Shown: positions 39,711 to 50,483, numbered from the stretch's first letter. The stretch is DNA of 64,000 nt from an uncultured beta proteobacterium (GCA_963811685.1 CAWESK010000024.1:145460-209459); one strand, 5' to 3'. Made by a program: numbers and translations. Notes: generated by a model from the letters alone, not told the origin.

Positions 39711-40459
39711 GGGCGGTTCCGAGATAGGCCTCGACCACGCTGGGATGCTTCGAGACGTGCGCGTAGTCGCCTTCGGCCAGCACCTCGCCGCGCGCGAGCA
39801 CGGTGATGTGGTCGGAGAGCGTGGAGACGACCGAAAGATTGTGCTCGACCATGAGCACCGTGCGATCGACCGCGACTCGCTTGATCAGCGCGGCGATCCG
39901 CTCGACGTCCTCATGCGTCATGCCGGCCGTCGGCTCGTCGAGCAGCAGCATCTCGGGCTCGAGTGCGAGCGTGGTCGCGATCTCGAGCGCACGCTTGCGA
40001 CCGTAGGCGAGCTCGCCGGCGTGCGTGTGCGCGAACTCGGACAGGCCGACCGCCTCGAGCAGGTCGCGTGCCTTGTCGTCGAGCCGCGCGAGTGTGCGCA
40101 GCCGAGCGCCAGAAGTCGAACGAGTGCCCGCCCTTGCGCTGCAGCGCGATACGCACGTTCTCGAGCGCGGTGAGGTTCGGGAACACCGCCGAGATCTGGA
40201 ACGAGCGCACGAGCCCCATCCGGGCGATTGCCGCCGGCCGGGACCCGGTAATTTCGCGCCCGTTGTAGAAAATCTGCCCCCGTGTGGGCGTGAGGAAATG
40301 GGTGAGCAGGTTGAAGCAGGTCGTCTTGCCGGCGCCGTTCGGTCCGATCAGCGCATGGATCGCCCCGCGGCGGATCGAGAGCGACACGTCCTTGACGGCG
40401 ACGAAGCCCTTGAACTCCTTGGTGAGCCCCTTCGTCTCGAGTATCGTGTCGGCAGCCAT
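39703..40459 (-). pseudogene. livG: Branched-chain amino-acid ABC transporter ATP-binding protein (LivG-like), one frame change
   Basis: Walker A GPNGAGKTT in the upstream frame. YGRKRALEIATTLALEPEMLLLDEPTAGM is in the downstream frame. The change is near 40102. Confidence 0.8.
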
Positions 40460-40554
40460 TCTGCGCCGGCGCTTCCGGCGCCCGGCCTCCTCATCGCCGT
40501 AGGGAGGCCATTATGCGAAAGCCCCGCCCCGATGGCAATGGCAACGTCCTTCGC

Positions 40555-42742
40555 TCAATACTGGATGCGCGCGAAATAGGTCTTCTGCGCGGCCTCGCGC
40601 GCTTCGCCCAGCGTCCGGATGCCCTGCTCCGCGAGCAGCGGAATCATGCGCAGGAACACTTCCCCCGTCATGATCGCGTCCCCGAGCGCGGTATGGCGGC
40701 CGATTGGATTGACGCCCAGCCGCTCGGCAATCGCCTCGAGCCCGTGCGCCTCGAAATCCGGATGTATCACGGCCGACAGCAGCAGCGTGTCCAGGACGGG
40801 CTGCGCGAAGCGGACGCCGGCGACTCCTTCCTTGAGGCGCAGGAAACGCAGATCGAACGCGGCATTGTGCGCGATCAGCACGGTATCCATGCAGAACTCG
40901 TGGAACGACGGGAGCACCCTTTCGATCGTCGGCTGGTTCGCGAGCATCGGCGTCTCGATGCCCGTGATGCGGCTCGCCTCCGGCGACATCGGACGCCGGG
41001 GGTCGACGAGCTGCTCGAAGACCTCGTTCTCGAGCAGCCGGCCGTTGACGATGCGGACGGCGCCAATCGACACGATTTCGTCGCCCGCGGATGGCGCGAG
41101 CCCGGTCGTCTCCGTATCGAAGACGGTGTAGCTCAGCGACGTGAGCGGCCGATCGTCCTGCTCCGGCGACTGGCCCGGCTGATGGAAGAGGTCGAAATCG
41201 TAGAACTCGGGGCGGCTCCCGCCGGCGCGCGGGGCGCTAAAGCCCGGCTCCTCCGGCTTCGCGACGGGGATCGCAATCCGGAAGAATTCGCGTTGCGAAG
41301 GCTTGTGAATCTGATACCAGATCTCGGCATTGTGGCGCTCGACGATTTGCTTCAGCGTCAACGGCGACGCCTCGCCGCCCAGTTCCATTGCATCGGTCTG
41401 CCACGCCATCGTAGTCTCGGTTCCGAGCGGCGCACCGGTCCAGACGAGGTCGAGGTGCGCAAGCGCGCCGGCCGCTTCGAGCCCGAAGCGCAGTTCGCGG
41501 ATGCCAAACTCGTCTGACAGGCGGCTCGCGAGATAGCTGATCGCCTGCATCAGCGAGTAGCTGTCGACCTTGACCCAGATGCGTCTCGTCGATCGTCTCG
41601 AGCTTCGTCGGCAGCCCGACGTTCGTCTCGATCCGCCGCCGCGCCGCCGCGATCAGGTCGGCGCCGCGCATGTCTTCCAGCGGCCACTCGGTCCGCAGTG
41701 CGTCCGCGAACTCGCCGACGGTCGCGTCGAGCCGCGCCGTCAGCTGCCGCGCTTCGTCGCCGATGACGCCGATGAAACGGTTGCGCTCGTCGTCCGTCAT
41801 GCCCGGAAATGCGGCGATCGTCTCGACCGCGGCGCGGACGCTTCCGAGCGAGGCGCGCGTGCCTTGCGTCAGCGTCTGCACCAGCAGGTCGCGTCGACGG
41901 CCACTCTCGATCCGCCGCGTGATGTCGTCCAGCACGAGGACGAAACCGGTGACGCCGCCGGGGCCGGAAGCGTCCTGCGTCAACGCCGGGCTCCGCGCCG
42001 AAGACAGGCGCCATCTGCACGCGCACGAGCTGCCCCGCGGGTGCGGTGGTGACGAAGCTCGCCACCGGCGCTTGCGTCCCCTGCCGGAGGCGTTCGCGGA
42101 CGTTCTCCAAGGCATGGATGATGAGGTTGCGGTCGAAGACGGCGAAGATCGAGCGGCCGAGGCCGACGAGGCTCGGTCCCTTGCCGGTCGCGGCCGCGCC
42201 GTCCCGCGGTTTCTTCAGCAGCTGCATCGCGCGTGCGTTGTAGAGCAGGACGCGCCCCTCGACGTTGCACACGATCACGCTCTGCGCGAGCTCCGACATG
42301 AGCGCGGCGAGCCGGTTCTTTTCCTGCTCGAGACGAGCGTTGGCGTCGCGCACGCGGCGCTCGACGTCCTTCCGGAGCGCCTCGTGCGCGTCGGCGAAAC
42401 CATTGATGCTCGCGGCCAGTTGCCGGATCTCGGCCGCGCCGATGCGCGGCGCCCGATGCGCCGGGTTCGCGGACAGCATGATGCGGGCGTCCTCCGCGAG
42501 CCGCCGGGGCGGCGTCACGTAGCGCCGAAACAGCGCCCGGACGAGCAGCAACAACGGCACGAGCAGCAGCAGCGAAACGACGACGACGCTGGCGGCATGC
42601 TGGCGCAGCGCCAAGAAGAGCGGCGCGCGCTCCTGCTCGGCTCATGTCGGCCCCGACGAGGACGACGATCGCCGCCATCGCGGCGAGGACGAATCCCCCA
42701 TGCCGCCAGCAGCGTCAGCGCAACGCGGGTTCGCTCCGGCAC
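40555..42742 (-). pseudogene. TM-HAMP-PAS-(degenerate HisKA/HATPase)-DEDDh 3'-5' exonuclease fusion protein, frame-disrupted
   Basis: GTG at 42742 lies 3 nt after the receiver-gene stop. Two TM segments, then a PAS-like region. An H-box-like stretch has Gln in place of His (LTQGTRASL). Exonuclease motifs are FDTETTGL, AHNAAFDLRFL and HTALGDAIMTGEVF. Frame changes lie near 42694, 42639, 41984 and 41581. Confidence 0.75.
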
Positions 42743-42745
42743 CCG

Positions 42746-43114
42746 CTACTCCCCGAGCATCTCGCCGACCTTCGCGATGAGGTCGCGCGTGGAGAACGGC
42801 TTCGTGACGTAGGCATCGGCGCCGATCGCCAGGCCCTTCGTCACCTCGACGTCGCGCCCCTTGGCCGAAAGCATGACGATCTTGATGTCCTTCCATTCCG
42901 GGTTCTCGCGCACCTTCTGGCAGACGTCGTATCCGCTGACGCGCGGCATCATCACGTCGAGCAGGATCAGATCGGGATGAAACTCATCTACGGCCTTGAG
43001 CGCCTCGGCGCCGTCGCTCACGACGCGGATGTCGTAGCCGCGCTGCTTCATCAGGAATTCCAGCGAGACGACGATGTTGGGCTCGTCGTCCGCGATCAGG
43101 ATTCTTCTTGCCAT
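42746..43114 (-). CDS. Stand-alone response-regulator receiver (CheY-like), intact
   Basis: 122 aa, MARRILIADDEPNIVVSLEF...DLILLDVMMPRVSGYDV...IVMLSAKG...GADAYVTKPF. There is no output domain. The RBS is GGGGAAGG. Confidence 0.9.
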   Translation of the reverse strand: MARRILIADDEPNIVVSLEFLMKQRGYDIRVVSDGAEALKAVDEFHPDLILLDVMMPRVSGYDVCQKVRENPEWKDIKIVMLSAKGRDVEVTKGLAIGADAYVTKPFSTRDLIAKVGEMLGE

Positions 43115-43158
43115 GGCAACCTTCCCCTCTCCCATGCACGCTTTTCGTTCCGCCGGCA

Positions 43159-45936
43159 TCACACTTTCGCCTTGGACGTGTGCCCGCCCGCAAGGCGGTC
43201 GGGCGTCCCCGCTTCGGGAAGCTCGAAAACGAACGTCGCGCCCTCGCCCGCTGCGCTCTCTACCCAAAGGCGGCCGCCGAAATGCTCGATGATCTGTCGG
43301 CTGATGGGCAGTCCGAGCCCGGTTCCCTTCGGTTTTTCCGTCATCGTGTCGTCCGCCCTGGCGAAATTTCTCGAAGATCATCGTCCGCTCGTCGGCGCGC
43401 ACTCCGGGCCCGTTGTCGGCTCACGGATACGCGCACGAGTCCGGCGAGCGCGGCGAGCGCGACGACGACCCGTCCCTCCTCGGGTGGCGCGAACTTGGCG
43501 GCATTCGAAAGAAGATTGATGAGCACCTGCAACAGCCGGTCGCGATCGGCGCGCACCGGAGTCGCGCCGGGCGCGACCCGCACTTCGAGAGCTACGCCGC
43601 GCGACCGGAAGAGCTGTCCCGTCGCGGCGATCGAATCGTCGATGACGCTCGCAAGATCGACGCGCGACACCTGCCACTCGGCCCGCCCCGACTCCAGCTT
43701 GGCGAGGTCGAGGACCTGGTTGATGAGGCGCGTCAGGCGCTCGCTCTCCTGGATGACGATGCCGAGAAAGCGCTGCCGCTCCGCCGCGTCGAGATCCGGG
43801 TTGTCGCGCAGGATCTCGGAGAACGCGCGAATCGACGTGAGCGGCGTGCGCAATTCGTGGGTGACGGTGGAAACGAAGTCGTCCTTCAACCGGTCGAGCT
43901 CCTTCAGCCGCTCGTTGGCCGCGCGCAATTCGGTGGTGACGGTCATCAGCGCCTGCGACTTCTGCCTGAGCTCGTGGCTGTAGGCAATCACCTGCGACGC
44001 CTCGTCCAGCATCGAGCGCACCTCGTCCAGCGTGAGCGTGTCTTCCTTGACCGTCGAGGCCACCATGATCCGCGCCGAGGCGCCGCCGATGGCGCCGGCA
44101 AGCGCCGTCTCGGCGAAGCGGACGAGCAGCGCGTCGGCCGGCAGCTCCGCCGGCGACGCGTATCCGCGGCGCCGCGCATAGTCGACGAAGGCGGCAGCGG
44201 CACGCTCCGCGGCCCAGAAAACGCGCGAGCAGAGTCCGCAAGTCGGGCAGCGAGGCCGTCCCTTTCCATGACGTCGATGGCCTCGCCCTCGCCTGAATGC
44301 CGGAACACGTCGACGAAGCGCGCCGCCTGCGCCTCGTCCGCCACCGACTGCTTCGTCGACAGCGAGACCAGGATGTAGGCGCCGACATTGGCGATCATGC
44401 TCCACAGCATCGCGTGCGTGATGTCGTCGAGGCCGTCGAGCCCGAACAGCGCGTACGGCTTCAGGAGCGCGATGCCGAACGGCCCATCCTGCAGGAAGCT
44501 CGGGGCAGCCATCCCGACTTCGCGAAGGAAGGCAGCAGCAGCGTGTAGAGCCAGAGCGCAAATCCGGCGCAGAGCCCGGCCAGCGCCCCTGCGCGCGTTG
44601 CGCCCTTCCAGTAGATGCCGCCCAGTGTGGCCGGCGCGAACTGCGCGACGGCGGCGAAGGAGATGAGGCCGATCGCCACCAGCGCGTAGGCCTCTCCCGC
44701 AAGGCGGAAATAGAGATAGCCGAGCAGGATGACCGCGACGATCGCGCCACGGCGAATTCCGAGCAGGAGTCCCGTCAGGTTCTGGCGCTCGGCAAGCCGC
44801 ATCGAGCGCATCCGCAGCAGCACGGGCATCACGAGGTCGTTGCACACCATCGTCGACAGCGCGATCGTCTCGACGATCACCATGCCGGTCGCCGCCGACA
44901 ACCCGCCGATGAAGACGAGCAGCGCGAGCGTCTCCTGTTCTCGGCCATCGGCAGTGTCAGCACGAACGTGTCGGGATCGACGGTGGCGCCGAGAAATGCA
45001 GCACGCCGCCGAACGCCACCGGCACCACGAACACGTTCATCGCCAGCATGTAGAGGGGGAACAGCCAGATCGCCTTTCCGAGGTGTTTCTCGTTGACGTT
45101 CTCGACCACGGCGACTGGAACTGCCGCGGCAGGAACATGATCGCTAGCATCGACAGCACCGTGAGCCACGCCCAGCTCGCGTAGCTCCCGGCGGCGACGC
45201 CGATCGGCGCGAATAGCGCGCGAGACGCGGATGGGTGCCCGCCCTGGGCGAAAATGTCCGCGAAACCCGGTGGATGCCCCACGTCGACGAAGATGCCGAC
45301 GGCGACGAAAGCAACCATCTTGACCAGCGATTCGAACGCGATCGCGGCGACGAGACCCTCATGACGCTCGGAGGCGTCAAGATGCCGCGTGCCGAACAGG
45401 ATCGTGAACGTCGCGAGCAGCAGCCGCCATCCGAACGCGGTGTCGGCATGGATCGGAACAGTTGCCGGGGAGGTCGCCACGCATCCGGGTACTGGCGACC
45501 AGGATCGTGAAGCTGCTGGAAATGGCCTTTAGCTGGAGCGCGATGTACGGCACGATGCCGATCACCGCGATTACGGTGACAAGCCCGGCGACGAGCGCGC
45601 TCTTGCCGTAGCGCGACGAGATGAAATCGGCAAGCGACGTGATGCGGTTCGTCTTGCTGATGCGAATGATCTTTCGCATGACAAGCCACCAGAGCGCCAT
45701 CATCAGCGTCGGACCGATGTAGATCGGGCAGGAAGCCGACGCCGTTCCGCCGCCCGCCCGACGCTGCCGTAGAACGTCCACGCGGTCGCGTAGACGCCGA
45801 GCGATAGCGAGTAGACGTACGGATTCGCGATGATCGAGCGGCGCTCGTCCGCGCGCCGGTCGCCGTAGCTGGCGATCGCGAAGAGGATGCCGATGTAGCC
45901 GAGCGCGACGGGGATGATTACCCAGGTCTGGAGCAT
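43159..45936 (-). pseudogene. Sensor histidine kinase with an N-terminal sodium/solute-symporter (SSF) domain (CbrA/CrbS-like architecture), heavily frame-disrupted
   Basis: SSF-type TM segments from MLQTWVIIPVALGYIGILF. H-box VSTVTHELRTPLTSIRAFSEIL, N-box LLQVLINLLSNAAKF, G-box GTGLGLPISRQIIEHFGG. The sequence is recoverable only across about 11 frame changes (near 45747, 45725, 45485, 45115, 44990, 44937, 44503, 44269, 44211, 43418 and 43357). Confidence 0.8.
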
Positions 45937-45957
45937 GTTCGCGGCCGCCCGGCGTCG

Positions 45958-46190
45958 CTACCGGGGTCGCTCGATCACGAGCGCGAGCAATCCGATCAGC
46001 ACCGCCCACGCGCCGAAGATGTAGGCGTAGAGCACCGGTATTCCGATACGTCTGCCGCACGATTGAACAGCGCGAGCAGCGGATAGTTGAACAGCGACAC
46101 GCCGAGTAGGAATACCGCCACCAGACGCCGGCTCTTCAAGGTCGACGTAACATCGGTCGTCTTCTGCCCGCGTTTCGGCGGGATACGCAT
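45958..46190 (-). pseudogene. Small membrane protein preceding the SSF-kinase (DUF3311-like), one frame change
   Basis: ..KSRRLVAVFLLGVSLFNYPLLALFNRAAD, then after a shift near 46048, IGIPVLYAYIFGAWAVLIGLLALVIERPR, with the stop at 45960-45958. The start (ATG near 46190 or 46211) is uncertain. The first part is in frame with the DUF294 ORF. Confidence 0.4.
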
Positions 46191-48122
46191 TCGGCCAACT
46201 ACTACCATCTGATCAGCGCAGCGCGCAGGCTGATCAAGCCGGTAGAAAGGGCGTAGCCGCTCCTGCAGTGCTTCGCCTACGGAGCGATCCTCCCTCAGCA
46301 TCCGCTGATCGATTTCGTTCAGTGAGGTAGGGATCGATGCGGTTCGGATCGTCCTCGTTACGGTCGGTCCGTGGCTGACGTACAGGCGCAGAAGCTGCAG
46401 GTACGAGAACGCCTCGACGGTCGCGTCGATGTGCCGCGGCTCGACCTCGAGGCGCTGCGCCGGCAAGCCGCAGCCGCGCACGGTCCCCGAGTCCGCAATG
46501 CCGTGCGCGAGTGCGAATACTCGTGCGCAGTCCACGAACAGGCGCGTGCCGCGGGTCTTGAGGTCGATGGTGCCCTTGACCTTGGGATCGTCGTCGACGG
46601 TGAAAGTGCGGATGAGCCCGAGCGGCGGCTCGACATCGAGCGCGTTCTGCACCATGAGGCGAAGGAACAGATGGCTTTCCTTCGTGTGGACGAAAAGCCA
46701 ATTGCGCAATTCGTCACAGAGCTTCGGGTCGCCGTAGAGCGGCCGAAAATCGAACATGATGTTCGCCCCGAGCAGTGCCTGCGGGGAAGGCGAGCGGATC
46801 CAGCCCAGGAACCTCTGCCTCCATTCCTCGGTCGAGAGGCAATATTCCGGGTTGCCTGCCATCACGTTCCCGGTGCACAGAGGGAATCCCAGCGTGTCGA
46901 GGCAGGTGTTGACCTCGCGCGCGAAGCCAATCAGCCGCTCGCGCCGCTCCGTCGCCTGCCGAGACTCTCCGGCCGTGAACAGGAGCGCGTTGTCCTGGTC
47001 CGTGGCGAAGGTCTGCTCGCCCCGGCCCTCGCTCCCCAGCGCGAGCCAGCACCAGTCGATATCAGAGAGGTCGTGCCGTGGGAGTACCAGCTCGATCGCG
47101 CGACGCGAAAGCGCGTCATTGAGTGCCGCAATCGTGCGCGTCACGGGCTCGGCGCCGACGCCCTGCGCCAGCAGATTCCGCGTCAGCAGGCGGATGTCGT
47201 CCGCGGCGCGCCCCAGCGCGTCGACGCTCTCGGCAGATCGGAGGACCTCGTTGACCGTTTGCATCGACACGCGCTGTAGCGCGAACAGATCGCGCTCGTT
47301 GACCACGCCGCAGACCCGGCCGTTCTCCACGACCACAACCTGCCGGATGCCGCGCTCGGCCATCACGTGCATTGCCTCATACGCGGTCGCAGACGCCGGC
47401 AGGGAGAATACGGGGGAGGACATCGTCTCGGCGACCGCCACATCGAGCGAGAGCCCGGGCAGCACGACACGCTCCAGCAGGTCGACGAGCGTGAACATCC
47501 CGACGGGCATTTCGCCAGGGTCGAGCACGATGATCGTGCGCACGTTCGCATCCGCCATTCTTTGCGCGGCTTCGCGCAGGCTGGCCGTCGCAGAACAGGT
47601 GACCGGTCGATTTCGCACGAGCTCGCCAAGCGAGCGAGCCAGGGTCTGCTGCTCGGCAACACGCTGGCTGTACTCGCTGTGCAGGCTCTCCAGCGATTGC
47701 TTCAGCGTCTCGGTGATCGCCTGGGTGCAGTAGCGCTCGAATTCGGGCGAGGCTTTTCGCAGTTCCAGGAAGTCAGCGCGTGCAAGCTGGTAGCAGTAGG
47801 TGTCCTTGATCGCAGTAAATATTTTTGTGGTCGTGCCGCCTGCCGACAAGGCGCCCACCGGAAACAGCTCGCCCGGGCCGAGCGTGCGGTCCGGTTCCGC
47901 CTTGGCATTATTGGAGCGGCTGCCGACGAGTCCGCGCTGGACGATGTGCAGGTGCGTGACGGTTCCGCTGTGGGTTGCAAGAATAGTCTCGTCCTTTGCA
48001 AAGTGGGCGAGCTGCAGCCGCGGCACCAGGAATGCGAGTGCCTCGTCCGTCATTCGGTTGAATGGGGCATGGCGGCAAAGGAATTCCTTCGTCGCGTCGG
48101 CGCTCTGGGTTCTTGCCGGCAT
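45996..48122 (-). CDS. cNMP-binding / tandem-CBS / DUF294 putative nucleotidyltransferase; the 3' boundary is unclear because the ORF runs on into the next small gene
   Basis: Starts MPARTQSADATKEFL. Contains a cNMP-binding domain and two CBS domains. NTase motif WLALGSEGRGEQTFATDQDNALLF, then a DUF294_C-like tail ending around ..LQERLRPFYRLDQ (near 46230). No stop codon occurs there, so the frame continues to 45996. Confidence 0.75.
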   Translation of the reverse strand: MPARTQSADATKEFLCRHAPFNRMTDEALAFLVPRLQLAHFAKDETILATHSGTVTHLHIVQRGLVGSRSNNAKAEPDRTLGPGELFPVGALSAGGTTTKIFTAIKDTYCYQLARADFLELRKASPEFERYCTQAITETLKQSLESLHSEYSQRVAEQQTLARSLGELVRNRPVTCSATASLREAAQRMADANVRTIIVLDPGEMPVGMFTLVDLLERVVLPGLSLDVAVAETMSSPVFSLPASATAYEAMHVMAERGIRQVVVVENGRVCGVVNERDLFALQRVSMQTVNEVLRSAESVDALGRAADDIRLLTRNLLAQGVGAEPVTRTIAALNDALSRRAIELVLPRHDLSDIDWCWLALGSEGRGEQTFATDQDNALLFTAGESRQATERRERLIGFAREVNTCLDTLGFPLCTGNVMAGNPEYCLSTEEWRQRFLGWIRSPSPQALLGANIMFDFRPLYGDPKLCDELRNWLFVHTKESHLFLRLMVQNALDVEPPLGLIRTFTVDDDPKVKGTIDLKTRGTRLFVDCARVFALAHGIADSGTVRGCGLPAQRLEVEPRHIDATVEAFSYLQLLRLYVSHGPTVTRTIRTASIPTSLNEIDQRMLREDRSVGEALQERLRPFYRLDQPARCADQMVVVGRMRIPPKRGQKTTDVTSTLKSRRLVAVFLLGVSLFNYPLLALFNRAADVSEYRCSTPTSSARGRC

Positions 48123-48416
48123 GGCGCGAAACGATCGACCCGATAATTTCGCATGATGCGGCACGCCCGATGTCGCGCGCAAGCAACGACCCCAGAGCGC
48201 GGGGAAATCGCCGGGTCAAACGAGGCGCGCAGACCGGCCGATCCGCTTGAGAGCCTTGTGCGATTTCCGGCGAAGTGGCTCGCGCCCCGCCCGACGAGGG
48301 TGCGGTTGCTTCAACGGGGAGCACCGAGCCCGCTCAGCACGAGTGCGTTGCACGCTGCGGTACCTATGCGAGGTGGATTCGCGCCGCGCATGGCATTGCG
48401 CGCCATGGCGCGGCCC

Positions 48417-48453
48417 CCAAAAGAAGGGCCGCCGGGGTTGCCCCGGCGGCCCT
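48417..48453 (-). terminator. Rho-independent terminator after actP
   Basis: On the minus strand: AGGGCCGCCGGGG-CAA-CCCCGGCGGCCCT followed by TCTTTTGG, 25 nt after the actP stop. Confidence 0.8.
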
Positions 48454-48477
48454 GCTCCTCGAAGGTGAGCCGACTAC

Positions 48478-50172
48478 TCAGTGCGCCGACGCAAGCTCGG
48501 CGCCCAGACCTGTCTCGGAGCGGACCTCCTGCGCGGCGAATGCTGCGCGCTCCTTGTCCGCGCGGGCACTCCTGTCGGTCACCGACGCAACGTAGGCGAC
48601 GATCAATGCCGCCGGCAGCACGACGAAGGTCGGGAAGTCGTACGGGAAGATTGCCGGCCCCATGTCGAGCACCTTGGTCCAGACGGTCGGACCGATGATC
48701 AACAGGCCGATCGACCCGAGAATCCCCGTATATCCGCCGAGTACCGCCCCGCGCGTCGTCAGCCCTTTCCAGAACACCGCCAGGACCAGGATCGGGAAGT
48801 TCGCACAGGCGGCGATCGAGAACGTCAGCGCGACGATGTATGCAACGTTCTGCTTCTCGAAGGCGATACCAAGGAGCACGGCAAGAATCCCCAGGCCGAT
48901 CACGCAGACCTTCGACACCCAGACTTCCTGCGCCTCGGTGGCCTTGCCCTTCATGATCACATTCGCATAGATGTCGTGCGACAGTGCCGAGGCGCCCGCA
49001 AGCGTGAGCCCCGACACCACCGCCAGGATCGTGGCGAAGGCGACCGCGGCGATGAAGCCGAGGAAGAAATCCCCGCCAATCGCGTGTGACAGGTAGACCG
49101 CCGGCATGCTGCTGCCGCCCTTGAGGTTGAGCACGTTCTTGGTGACGTCGACGACATATTCGGCGTTGCCGGCGACGAGCACGATAGCGCCGAACCCGAT
49201 GATGAAGGTCAGGATGTAGAAGTAGCCGATGAAACACGTGCCGTAGAGCACCGACTTGCGTGCCGCCTTGGCGTCCCCGACGGTGAAGAAGCGCATCAGA
49301 ATGTGTGGCAGGCCGGCGGTCCCGAACATCAGCGTCAGGCCGAGCGAGATCGATTCGATTGGATTGGCCTTCGCCCCGATGGGCACCACCGACTGCATGA
49401 TTTCAAGGTGCTTGGGATGGGCTGCGACGGCGTCGGAGAAGAGCTTGTTGAAGCTCCAGCCTTCGTGCGCCATGACCCCCAGCGCCATCAATGTCGCGCC
49501 ACCGAGCAGCAGGGCCGCCTTGATGATCTGCACCCACGTCGTAGCCTTCATCCCGCCGAAGGTGACGTAGATGATGATCAGCGCACCGATGATGACGATG
49601 GAAAAGCGGTAGGAAATCTGCGGGACGAGCGTGTGCAGCAACTGCCCGGCGCCCACCGCCTGCCCGATCAGGTACCAGATCACGACGATCAGCGACCCGA
49701 TCGCGGCCATCGTGCGGACCGGTCCCTGCTGGAGCCGGAACGAGACGACGTCGGCATAGGTGAACTTGCCGAGGTTGCGCAGCCGTTCGGCGATGAGGAA
49801 CAGGATGATCGGCCAGCCGACCAGCCAGCCCACCGAAAAGATCAGCCCGTAGAAGCCATTGAAATAAACGAGCGCGGCAATGCCCAGGAATGACGCCGCT
49901 GACATGTAGTCGCCGGCGATGGCCATCCCGTTCTGGAGGCCGGTGATGCCGCGGCCGGCCGCATAGAAATCGGTCGCGGTCTTAGTCCGCATCGCCGCCC
50001 AGTACGTGATGACCAGGGTAATCGCGACGAAGATGATGAACATGATGACCGCGTGCCAATTGACCGGGACCTCCGCCGCGGGCGATGCGACATCCGCCGC
50101 CAGCGCCAGTTGCGATGCCAGCAGCGCGACCAAGCCCGCGAAGGCGCTGAAGACCGTCTTGATCGTTGTCAT
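48478..50172 (-). CDS. actP: Cation/acetate symporter ActP (SSF family)
   Basis: 564 aa, full length. N-terminal signal-like segment and the conserved ...[30 protein letters not shown].... The ATG overlaps the yjcH stop (ATGA). Confidence 0.9.
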   Translation of the reverse strand: MTTIKTVFSAFAGLVALLASQLALAADVASPAAEVPVNWHAVIMFIIFVAITLVITYWAAMRTKTATDFYAAGRGITGLQNGMAIAGDYMSAASFLGIAALVYFNGFYGLIFSVGWLVGWPIILFLIAERLRNLGKFTYADVVSFRLQQGPVRTMAAIGSLIVVIWYLIGQAVGAGQLLHTLVPQISYRFSIVIIGALIIIYVTFGGMKATTWVQIIKAALLLGGATLMALGVMAHEGWSFNKLFSDAVAAHPKHLEIMQSVVPIGAKANPIESISLGLTLMFGTAGLPHILMRFFTVGDAKAARKSVLYGTCFIGYFYILTFIIGFGAIVLVAGNAEYVVDVTKNVLNLKGGSSMPAVYLSHAIGGDFFLGFIAAVAFATILAVVSGLTLAGASALSHDIYANVIMKGKATEAQEVWVSKVCVIGLGILAVLLGIAFEKQNVAYIVALTFSIAACANFPILVLAVFWKGLTTRGAVLGGYTGILGSIGLLIIGPTVWTKVLDMGPAIFPYDFPTFVVLPAALIVAYVASVTDRSARADKERAAFAAQEVRSETGLGAELASAH

Positions 50173-50483
50173 TTGGCGGACTCCTGAATGATTTCGCGAA
50201 TCAGCGGGTCGAACGTGCTGTTGGCGCGGTACACGTAGATGCCCGTCAGCACGATCGACCCCAGGATCACGCCGACACCGACGAGCATGCCGACCGGGAT
50301 CACGCTGGTGGCCGAAATGGGCTGCGTGAGGAACCCAGGGGCAAAGGCAACCAAAAGGATGAAACCGAAATAGAGAATCAGAACCATTACAGTCAGCGTC
50401 CAGGCGAGCGTATCCCGCGCCCTGACAAGTTCGTGGTACTTGGGGTTGGTCTGGATCCTGCCGGATGACAGCTGTTCAGACAT
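50169..50483 (-). CDS. yjcH: DUF485 inner-membrane protein (YjcH-like)
   Basis: 104 aa from [24 protein letters not shown], with two TM segments; the canonical partner upstream of actP. Confidence 0.85.
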   Translation of the reverse strand: MSEQLSSGRIQTNPKYHELVRARDTLAWTLTVMVLILYFGFILLVAFAPGFLTQPISATSVIPVGMLVGVGVILGSIVLTGIYVYRANSTFDPLIREIIQESAK

